From NCBI GenBank assembly GCA_963749495.1, contig CAVVMW010000023.1:480001-544000 (forward strand): a stretch of DNA of 64,000 nucleotides, given 5' to 3'. The translations under genes were made by a program, and so were the position numbers. Source of the DNA: an uncultured bacterium. GTDB lineage: Bacteria; Verrucomicrobiota; Verrucomicrobiia; Limisphaerales; UBA8199. Positions 1-7,942 of the stretch are shown here, in pieces (positions within the stretch are counted from its first letter, which is position 1; every line of letters starts with the position of its first letter). A model generated the notes under the pieces. It made no database searches. It worked only from the letters and a program-made list of their open reading frames with translations, and was not told the origin of the DNA.

Positions 1-2
1 CG

Positions 3-218
3 CCAGACTTCCTCAAGATCGATGTCGAGGGGGCGGAGTTGGAAGTGCTGGAGGGCATGGGGGAGCAGGCGCCCAGGATCCGGCGCCTGCTGGTCGAGAC
101 GCACGGGCCGGAGTTGGAGGCCGCCTGCCGGCGCTGGCTCCAGGGACACGGGTTTGTCATCCGCCACTCGCACGAGGCCGCCCCCGGCTGGGCCGCTATC
201 TGGTGCGAGAGGGAGTGA
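3..218 (+). CDS. FkbM-family methyltransferase, C-terminal part (cut by window edge)
   Basis: Frame from position 3 reads PDFLKIDVEGAELEVLEGM...LLVETH...*; KIDVEGAE is the FkbM motif. Confidence 0.75.
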   Translation, partial: PDFLKIDVEGAELEVLEGMGEQAPRIRRLLVETHGPELEAACRRWLQGHGFVIRHSHEAAPGWAAIWCERE

Positions 219-233
219 GAGCGGGGAGGGAAA

Positions 234-331
234 AATGACGAATGACGAATGACGAATGACGAATGACGAATGACAAAATGTCCCCTGTCCCTTTGGTCCC
301 TTTCGTCATTCGTCATTCGTCATTCGTCATT
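234..331. repeat. Microsatellite hairpin: (AATGACG)x5-6, GTCCCTTT-type spacer, (CGTCATT)x4, between convergent genes
   Basis: Read directly; the two arms are reverse complements. Confidence 0.9.
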
Positions 332-356
332 CCTCGCTCCCCCCGCCCCTCGACGC

Positions 357-1856
357 TCACCACTCCCGGAGGCGGTAGTAGGCTTTGTCCTGGGTGTTCA
401 GGATGGCGGCATCAATGAACGGCCCGGTCGTATCAGGCGGGCCGGCGGGCAGATAAGGCCCGGTCACTGAGGGGGCGCGCTCGATTTGAGAGACCCGGCC
501 GGGGCCTTGCCAATGAAGGACAAGGCTGGCCGGGGGCTGGTTGGTCGTTTGGGGCGCGGCCAGGGCGGCGGGGCCGCTGACGGCGGTCACATCGGAGACC
601 AGGAACAGGGCGTCGAGGCCGAGGCTGGGCGCCCCGGCGGCGGCGCCGAAGGCGGCCGTGAGCTCCCAGTTGCGATAGACCACGTAACCGTGGTCGCTGA
701 GCAGGTCGCCGGCATCGTAGTGAGCGCCCTGGGGGCCGTAAAAGCCGGTGGCGGTGGCGAACCAGATTTCGCGGCTGGGCCAGACGTAGATCGCCTTGAG
801 GCCGTAATCGGTTGTGGCGTTGGTGGGGTTGAGGGCGGCCAGGAGCTGCGCGGCGGGTTCGAGGACCGCGCCGCGATCCGAGAGCAAGTCGCCGCTTTGG
901 ATCTGGAGCCCGAGGGTTGCGGAATAGAAGGCGTTCTGAACGGAGAAAGAGGTCTCGCCCCAGTCCATGACCTGCACGGCGTTGAGCCCGGCGCCCGAGG
1001 CAGGGGGCGGGGCGGGGTTGAAAGGGGCGATCAAGGAGGCGTTGTCGCGCAGAATCCGGCCCTGGTCGGAGAGCAGGTCGCCGGCGTGCAGCGGACCCAG
1101 CGTTTCGCTGAAGATGTCCTGGGCGATCGAAAAGGCGATCTCGCCGCCGGGCAGGACGTCAACATCTTTGAGCCCCAGGTTGGGGACGATCGGCATGATG
1201 CCGAGGCGGGCGGCCAGTTGGTGGTTGCGCCGCACGACGCGGCCGGACATCGAGAGGAGGTCGCCGGCGCTGATGGCGTTGGTGGGCGGGTTCCAGAGGG
1301 CCGCCTGGAAAGGCTTGGCTGTGGCAAACCAAATCTCCCGGAACGGCGCGGCGTTGATGTCGAGGTGATACTGCTGGATGAACGTGCCGTTGGTCTGGTC
1401 CGCCGCGGCCTGGATCATCGGCCAGGGCCGTCCGGCGATGCCCGTGGCGTTGGTCAAATAGCAGAGTTTGTTGGTGGCGGCGTTGTCGATCTGGACCGCC
1501 AGGGAGAGCGTTTGCACCACGGCCACCTCGCCGCCGAGGCGATAGATCCCCCCGCCGGTGACCTTGTAGGCCGGGCTGTTGGTGGTCCCGGCCGTGAAGG
1601 CAATGTTCTCGACCGCGTAATCGGTGAAGAGCGGGTCCTGGCTCATCACGCGCAGCTCGAACGTCCCCCGCATCGGCACCGGGATCGTGAGCCTGTCGCA
1701 GACTGGGCAATCCTCCTCGAGCTGGCTGCCGTCGATCAGCGTATAGACCCACCGCGAACCCGGCTCCAGCACCTGGGCAACCGCCGGCTCGCAGAAGGAG
1801 AAGCCGGCCAGGATCAAGGCCCCGATAGCCGGCATTGGGAAGAGGGCAGTTTTCAT
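357..1856 (-). CDS. Secreted hypothetical protein with CxxC, four GDLLS(D/M)xG repeats and a C-terminal ...YYRL domain
   Basis: Signal-peptide-like start MKTALFPMPAIGALILAG; internal repeats seen in translation. Confidence 0.7.
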   Translation of the reverse strand: MKTALFPMPAIGALILAGFSFCEPAVAQVLEPGSRWVYTLIDGSQLEEDCPVCDRLTIPVPMRGTFELRVMSQDPLFTDYAVENIAFTAGTTNSPAYKVTGGGIYRLGGEVAVVQTLSLAVQIDNAATNKLCYLTNATGIAGRPWPMIQAAADQTNGTFIQQYHLDINAAPFREIWFATAKPFQAALWNPPTNAISAGDLLSMSGRVVRRNHQLAARLGIMPIVPNLGLKDVDVLPGGEIAFSIAQDIFSETLGPLHAGDLLSDQGRILRDNASLIAPFNPAPPPASGAGLNAVQVMDWGETSFSVQNAFYSATLGLQIQSGDLLSDRGAVLEPAAQLLAALNPTNATTDYGLKAIYVWPSREIWFATATGFYGPQGAHYDAGDLLSDHGYVVYRNWELTAAFGAAAGAPSLGLDALFLVSDVTAVSGPAALAAPQTTNQPPASLVLHWQGPGRVSQIERAPSVTGPYLPAGPPDTTGPFIDAAILNTQDKAYYRLREW

Positions 1857-2072
1857 GGCGCGCCTGCGATCCGCGGTCCGTGTCATCCAGCGGTTGCAGG
1901 ACGAGTTTACAAGAAAGAAGCGGGGGGGCAACCCCTCCGCCTTTGCGACCTGGAGCGCAGGGAAAGCCGGCGAGTCAGGCGCGGTGGGGAGCCCGTCTTT
2001 CGCTTCTTTGGCTTCTGGGGAATTGCAGTCGCGGACCCAATGGGTCAAGTCTAGAGAGGCGGAGCCTCAGAC

Positions 2073-2123
2073 CGTGGCTTGGGCATCTTGCCCAAGCCCG
2101 CACGGGCAGGATGCCCGTGCCAC
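2073..2123. repeat. REP-like palindrome (GTGGCTTGGGCATCTTGCCC...CACGGGCAGGATGCCCGTGCCAC)
   Basis: Imperfect inverted doublet of short hairpins. Confidence 0.6.
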
Positions 2124-2259
2124 AAACTTGACTTGTCTGCATCACGTTTCGAAACTCAAGGAATCTAGCGCGACGCCCTGGATGTCCGGTGAAATCAGTC
2201 TGGATCCCTTGCCACTTTTGGGCTTTTGCTTGGCGTCGTTTTCGGATAAAAAACCTGAC

Positions 2260-2460
2260 ATGGGCGAGCAAGTATGGCGTGGGCTGTGCGCGGGTGTGGG
2301 CCGGGAGTTCACGACGACCCACTGGAGCGTGGTGCTGGCGGCGGGAAGCAGCGACTCGTCCCAAGCGGCTGAGGCCTTGGAGCAGCTCTGCCGGGCCTAT
2401 TGGTTCCCGCTCTACGCTTATGTTCGCCGGCGCAAGCGACCGGCGAGCGGGGCACCGTGA
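2260..2460 (+). pseudogene. Truncated ECF sigma factor (N-terminal region only)
   Basis: FTTTHWSVVLAAG...ALEQLCRAYWFPLYAYVRRR followed by a stop; regions 2-4 absent. Confidence 0.7.
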
Positions 2461-2526
2461 GTCGCCGGGGCACGATTGCGACGGGTCGCGCGCAAACGGG
2501 TGGGCCGCACCGGCTGCTCTCAGCCG

Positions 2527-3238
2527 TCATTGTGGCGGTTGGGCCAACGGCCTCCGCACACGATGGTCTGGAAACTGGTCATACCGTGCCTTGCTCCACG
2601 GCAAGTTCTCCACGTGGCCGTCCGTGTAAATGTAATTGGCTCGACGACCGTGTTGGTTGTATCGAATCCACCCTTTAACTCTCAATGGCCAGGTGTTGGT
2701 TTTGGGCGATGGCTTGTTCTGAGTTCGGTGGCGGCGTTTGGCTGGTGCTCGTGATGGAACCGTTGTAGCCCATGAGGTCGGTGGCCAGCAATTGGGAGCG
2801 CGGAGTGTGGTCAGCCGGGCAGAACCCGGCCAGACGGCTGCGCAAATAGGGCTGGAAGAAGATGACCCACGGCTTCTCGGCTTGGCTGTTGCCCATGCCA
2901 CCGCCCGCCACGGCGCTGATGTTCGCAGGAAGGGTATCAACCTGAGTGCCGTCGTCCAGAACCCAACCTTCATGGTGGTGAAAAAGCCCCCCGTTGTAGT
3001 TGTCCATGTAAAGGCGGGCGGCCAAGCCGATTTGGCGCAGGTTGGAGCAGCAGGCCGCCTGTTGGCCTTTCGCTTTCGCCCGAGAAAGTGCCGGGAGCAG
3101 CAGAGCGGCCAGGATGGCGATGATGGCGATAACCACCAGAAGCTCGACGAGCGTGAACCCGTTGGACATGCCACCCCGCAGCCATGGCTCACGAGCCACG
3201 GAGCGGGGCGCATTGACTTCCTGTCGTGGACTGGCCAT
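2527..3238 (-). CDS. Prepilin-type N-terminal cleavage / H-X9-DG protein, broken near 2675 (frameshift or internal deletion)
   Basis: [25 protein letters not shown] in one frame; [13 protein letters not shown] in another. Confidence 0.8.
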
Positions 3239-3291
3239 TTTCACATTATTACGAAATGTGAAAATAGTATTACTGCACAGCCCGGCGTCAA
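3237..3291 (-). promoter_or_regulatory. Sigma70-like promoter TTGACG-N16-TACTAT with overlapping 11-7-11 inverted repeat (candidate operator)
   Basis: Minus-strand -35 at 3286-3291 and -10 at 3264-3269; ATTTTCACATT-N7-AATGTGAAAAT at 3237-3265. Confidence 0.55.
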
Positions 3292-3439
3292 GTTAATTCA
3301 TTAGGATGCCCCCCCCATCCGGCCGCCTCTTCGTTTGCTTCGTTTCCTTCTGTTCTGTTCCTGTTCCCCCCGCCCGCTTGTAATTGCGCCCGCGCCCGCC
3401 AGGCGCTATAGATCCCGCCGTCATGGAAAGCGCATCCGC

Positions 3440-4405
3440 ATGAGCGGGCACCCGTTAGGCAACCAGAACGCCGGGACGGCTGTGCCGGTGATCCAGACCC
3501 AGGACCTGAGCAAGGTCTTCGGGTCGCAGCGGGCGTTGGACGGCGTGAGTCTGCGCGTCGCGCCGGGGGCGATCGGGCTGCTGGGCCCCAATGGCGCGGG
3601 CAAGAGCACCTTCATGAAATGCCTGCTCCAGCTCCAGCCCATCACTTCGGGCTCCGCGCAACTGCTTGGCCGGGAGGTCGGACGCGAGGGCCGGGAAATC
3701 CGCAAGCGCGTGGGCTACACCCCGGAGCAGGATTGCCACATCCCCGGCATGGCCGGCTGCGAATATGTGACTTATTGCGCCCAGTTGTGCGGCCTGCCGT
3801 TCCAGGCCGCCCGCCAGCGCGCGCACGAAATGCTCGACTTCGTCGGCATGGGCCAGGAGCGCTACCGCAAGGCCGACACTTACTCGACCGGCATGAAACA
3901 GCGCCTCAAGCTGGCCCAGGCCATGGTCCACGACCCCGAGATCATGTTCCTGGATGAGCCGACCAACGGCCTGGACCCCAAAGGCCAGGCGCAAATCCTG
4001 GATCTCATCCAGAGCCTCTGGCAGGCCTACGGCATCACCGTTGTCCTGTCCTCCCACCTCCTGCACGACGTGGACCGTATCTGCGAGCAGATCATCATCA
4101 TCGCCCGCGGCCGCGTGCTCGTCCACGACACGCTCGACAACCTCAAGGCGCGCAGGCGCGGCGCCGCCGAGGTGGTCCTGGCGGGCGGCCACCCGGCCCT
4201 CCAGGCGGCCTGCCAGCGCCGGCAATGGCCCTGCGAGATGCTCCCCAACGGCCACCTCAGAATCGAGCATAACTCCCAGTCCCTCAACCCCCTGCTCAAC
4301 CTCTTGCACGAACTGAAGCTGGCGCCGCTCGAAATCATTCCCAGCCCCAACGCCCTCGAAGAAACCTTCGTGCAAGCCCTGGAGATTTCCCATGCCGCTG
4401 CATGA
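3440..4405 (+). CDS. ABC transporter ATP-binding protein
   Basis: GPNGAGKST Walker A, YSTGMKQR signature, FLDEP Walker B. Confidence 0.92.
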   Translation: MSGHPLGNQNAGTAVPVIQTQDLSKVFGSQRALDGVSLRVAPGAIGLLGPNGAGKSTFMKCLLQLQPITSGSAQLLGREVGREGREIRKRVGYTPEQDCHIPGMAGCEYVTYCAQLCGLPFQAARQRAHEMLDFVGMGQERYRKADTYSTGMKQRLKLAQAMVHDPEIMFLDEPTNGLDPKGQAQILDLIQSLWQAYGITVVLSSHLLHDVDRICEQIIIIARGRVLVHDTLDNLKARRRGAAEVVLAGGHPALQAACQRRQWPCEMLPNGHLRIEHNSQSLNPLLNLLHELKLAPLEIIPSPNALEETFVQALEISHAAA

Positions 4406-5387
4406 CACCGGCTACCAGCATTGGGAGGGCGTCCACTGCGGCTTGTGGCACCGCCGGTGGACCATCGCCCGCAACGGCTTGGCCGCTTGCCTCCAGAACA
4501 AATGGATGCGCTACCTCGTCGGGCTCTGCTGGGGCGGCGCCCTCCTCATGACCGCCCTGCTCTTCCTGGTCGGACAACTCCTGGTCGCCGACAGCGCCGT
4601 CGTGCAATGGGCCGGCAATCTCAACCCCGACCTCCAGGGCTTCGCCCGCACGTTCACCACCTGGCTGGAGCAACATCCCGAGGTCTCCGTGCGCACGACC
4701 CAGGACGTCCTCTTCTTCTATTTCGGCATCGGGCTGCTCCCGGTGAGCATTTTCGCCCTCGGCATGGCCATACCGTCCCTCATCACACGCGACCTCGCCA
4801 GCAACGCCATCATCATCTACGCCTCCAAGGCCGTGAGCCGCGGCGATTACCTCCTGGGAAAATTCTGCACCGCCTTCGGATTGATGACGCTCACCTGGCT
4901 CGGCCCCATCTGCGGCGCCTGGCTCCTGGGCAATTTGCTCGCGCCGGATTGGCGGTTCTTCTGGCACGCCCGCGTGCCCCTGTTCCATGCGTTGGTTTTC
5001 GGCCTGGGCGCCCTCGGCTTCCTCAGCGTGCTCGCGCTGGGCGTCTCCGCCATTTCCACCAAGGAAAAGTCCACCGCCGCTTTGTGGTTCTTCTGGTGGA
5101 TTCTGGGCGGCGTGGTGGTTCCCATTGCCGCCCATACCAAACCCTGGCTCCGCCATGCCAGCTTCAACTTCAACCTCGACCAGCTCGCGCTGGCCGTGTT
5201 CCGCCTCGGGGACGACCTCAAGATCGCGCAGGACAACATCCCCATCTTCGGCATGATGCTGCGCAGTATTCCTCGCCAAACCATGGCGGCGCTCAATTCA
5301 CCGCCCGTCTGGGGCGCAGCGCTGGGCCTGCTCCTCATGGCCGGCCTGGCCGCGCTGGTGGTCGCCAAAAAGGTCAAACCCGAATGA
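4392..5387 (+). CDS. ABC-2-type transporter permease
   Basis: Multiple TM segments, SRGDYLLGKF motif, operon context. Confidence 0.82.
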   Translation: MPLHDTGYQHWEGVHCGLWHRRWTIARNGLAACLQNKWMRYLVGLCWGGALLMTALLFLVGQLLVADSAVVQWAGNLNPDLQGFARTFTTWLEQHPEVSVRTTQDVLFFYFGIGLLPVSIFALGMAIPSLITRDLASNAIIIYASKAVSRGDYLLGKFCTAFGLMTLTWLGPICGAWLLGNLLAPDWRFFWHARVPLFHALVFGLGALGFLSVLALGVSAISTKEKSTAALWFFWWILGGVVVPIAAHTKPWLRHASFNFNLDQLALAVFRLGDDLKIAQDNIPIFGMMLRSIPRQTMAALNSPPVWGAALGLLLMAGLAALVVAKKVKPE

Positions 5388-6310
5388 GCGCCGTCGTCCA
5401 GGCCATCGAGGTAAGCCGGTGGTACGGCATTGTCATGGGGTTGAACAATGTCAGCTTCGACATCGGGCCTGGCTTGACCGGCCTGGTCGGCCCCAATGGC
5501 GCCGGCAAGAGCACCCTCATCCAAATCGTCACCGGCCAACTCCAGCCCAGTTCCGGCCAACTCACCGTCTTCGGCGAGGTGCCCTGGAACAATCCACCCC
5601 TGCTCCGGCGCATCGGCTATTGCCCCGAGCGCGAGGCCGTGCCCAAGGAGTTGCGTCCGCTGGACTGGCTGCGCGGCCTGGCGTGGTTGTCGGGACTGAC
5701 CGGGCCGGCGGTGACGGCCCGGTGTGAAGCGATTCTGGAGAAGGTCGGTTTGCCGCGCGAGCATTGGGGCAAACGCCTGGCCCAGTTCTCCAAGGGCATG
5801 AAGCAACGCGTCAAGCTCGCCCAGGGCCTCTTGCACCAACCGGACCTTCTGGTGCTGGATGAACCGATGAACGGCCTGGACCCGATGGGCCGCCAGGAGA
5901 TGGCCGCCATCCTCAAGGACCTGGCCGCCGGCGGGGTCAGCATCCTCATCTCCAGCCACATCCTGGCCGAGCTGGAATCCCTCTGCAAAGACATCCTCAT
6001 CCTGAACTGGGGCCGCATCCTCGCCTCCGGCGGCCAGCAGGAGATACGCAGCGACCTCAAGAACTGGTCAGAAGAACTCTCCGTCCAGTGCGACTCCCCC
6101 AAGGTGCTCGCCCGCCGCCTGTTCGACGCCGGCGTCCTTCTCGGCTTCGACCTCGAACCCGCCAATGGCCTCCTCCACATCCGCGTCAAGGACGCCGCCG
6201 ACTTCTACGCCCGCTGGACCGGCCTGCTCCTGGAGAGCGGTGTCACCGTTCACGCCATCCGCAGCCAAAGCCGCTCCCTCAAAAACATCTTCGATAAGGT
6301 AACCACATGA
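5384..6310 (+). CDS. ABC transporter ATP-binding protein (second)
   Basis: ATGA overlap with previous stop; GPNGAGKST, FSKGMKQR, VLDEP. Confidence 0.92.
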   Translation: MSAVVQAIEVSRWYGIVMGLNNVSFDIGPGLTGLVGPNGAGKSTLIQIVTGQLQPSSGQLTVFGEVPWNNPPLLRRIGYCPEREAVPKELRPLDWLRGLAWLSGLTGPAVTARCEAILEKVGLPREHWGKRLAQFSKGMKQRVKLAQGLLHQPDLLVLDEPMNGLDPMGRQEMAAILKDLAAGGVSILISSHILAELESLCKDILILNWGRILASGGQQEIRSDLKNWSEELSVQCDSPKVLARRLFDAGVLLGFDLEPANGLLHIRVKDAADFYARWTGLLLESGVTVHAIRSQSRSLKNIFDKVTT

Positions 6311-6324
6311 ACGCGCCGCACGGA

Positions 6325-6613
6325 CCCCTCACCCGTCCTCCGGACACCCTCTCCCCATCCGATGGGGAGAGGGAAGGGGCATGGCTCACCTGTCGTTCGG
6401 ACACCCTCTCCCCATCCGATGGGGAGAGGGAAGGGGCATGGCTCACCTGTCGTTCGGACACCCTCTCCCCATCCGATGGGGAGAGGGAAGGGGCATGGCT
6501 CACCTGTCGTTCGGACACCCTCTCCCCATCCGATGGGGAGAGGGATGGGGCATGGCTCACCTGTCGTTCGGACACCCTCTCCCCATCCGATGGGGAGAGG
6601 GATGGGGTGAGGG
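6325..6613. repeat. Tandem array of about 5 x 57-bp units, each with palindrome CCCTCTCCCCATCCGATGGGGAGAGGG
   Basis: Period of 57 bp (6344, 6401, ...); near-identical units with no unique spacers. Confidence 0.95.
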
Positions 6614-6649
6614 GTATTCGTCTCAATTCGGAAGCTCTCTGGAATTGGC

Positions 6650-7784
6650 ATGACTGAACCCGCGCCCGCCTCCGTCCCGCCCCCGCAGCCCACCCTCCTG
6701 GGCGCCTGGCGCGGGATCTGGCTCTTCACCTGGCGCCCGCAACTAGCCTGGCGGCGCCTGCCGCTGCTGCTGCTGGGCCTGGTCGCCCTGCCCGCCTTGG
6801 TCTTCCTCACCACCCCCTCCCCCTCGAGTTGGACCCAGCGGCCCGCCGCCCTCGGCAACCCGTTCATGCGATTCCGCGTGATGGCCAACCGCCTCGCCCA
6901 GGCCGACGCCCGCCTCCGGCCCGAACAACAGGAACCAATGCGCCGGATCTTCTCCGAGGAATTTGACCGCGTCCGCATCCTGGGCCGAGACGCAATCCGC
7001 CGAGGCCCGCGCCGAGCAGCAGCGGCAGGAAATCAAGGCCTGCTATGAGCGCATTCATCGCCGCGCGCAGAACGTGCTCGACGAGCGCCAGTTCGCCTTT
7101 TTTCAAGACTTCGAGAAAAGGTCGGTCCTGCGCGCCCAGCAGGAAGTGAGGCCCTTGTGGGGCCGGACCGAGCCCTTCTACCATTGGCTCATCGATCTCT
7201 ACTTCTTCGTCATCCTCCCGCTGCACTGCGTCCGGGGCTTGGGCGGTCTCATCCGGGACGAGGTCCAGGCCGATACACTTGGGTTCCTGCTCACGCGCCC
7301 CCTGAGCCGCGCCCGGTTGCTCCTGCTCAAATACCTCGCCCAGACCGCCTGGCTGCAGGCCGTTCTATTCGCCGAAACGCTCCTCCTCTTTGCCGCCGGC
7401 AGCCTCCGTCAAATCCCCGGGCTCGGCGCGTTGCTCCCCCTGTTCCTTGCCGCCCAAGTCCTGGCCGTGCCGGCCTGGTGCGCGCTCGGGGCCGCTATGG
7501 GCCAGGTCTCCAAACGCTACGTCGCCCTGGCCCTGCTCTACGGCTTCATCGTCGAAATGGGCATCGGACGCATCCCGACCAATATCAACACCCTCTCGCT
7601 CATGCGCCACCTCAAGAGCCTGCTCTCCCACCATGCGCCCCTCCAGGCCATCTACGATTGGCCCGCACGCGGCGTGACCCTCTCCGTTGCCGTCCCCCTC
7701 CTGGCCACCGCCCTCTTCATGGCCTTGGCCGCCCTCCTCTTCACCTTCCGCGAATACCATCACACCGCCGAGATGCAAAAGTGA
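6650..7784 (+). CDS. ABC transporter permease, frameshift near 6970
   Basis: ORFs 6650-7048 and 6963-7784 join; TLGFLLTRPLSRARLLLLKY motif. Confidence 0.75.
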
Positions 7785-7792
7785 GCGGGTAT

Positions 7793-7942
7793 TTAGAGCC
7801 TGTCCCAAAAGCCCTGCGAGCGGGGGACCTTTGTCGAAACCTTTGTCGAAACCTTTGTCGGATCGGCCGTTTCTCGACAAAGGTGCCGACAAAGGCTGCG
7901 ACAAAGGTCCGGAATCAGAGCCATTGGGACAGGCTCGATTTA
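7793..7942. mobile_element. MITE-like element: CTTTGTCG/CGACAAAG core with 13-bp TIRs GAGCCTGTCCCAA
   Basis: TIRs at 7796-7808 and 7924-7936; core shared with six other loci. Confidence 0.7.

Noticed and set aside
4421..5383. Long N-terminal extension of the second ABC ATPase
   Set aside because: Out-of-frame overlap with the permease; real start is the ATGA overlap at 5384.
6325..6613. CRISPR array
   Set aside because: Segments between palindromes are identical, not unique spacers; no cas genes.
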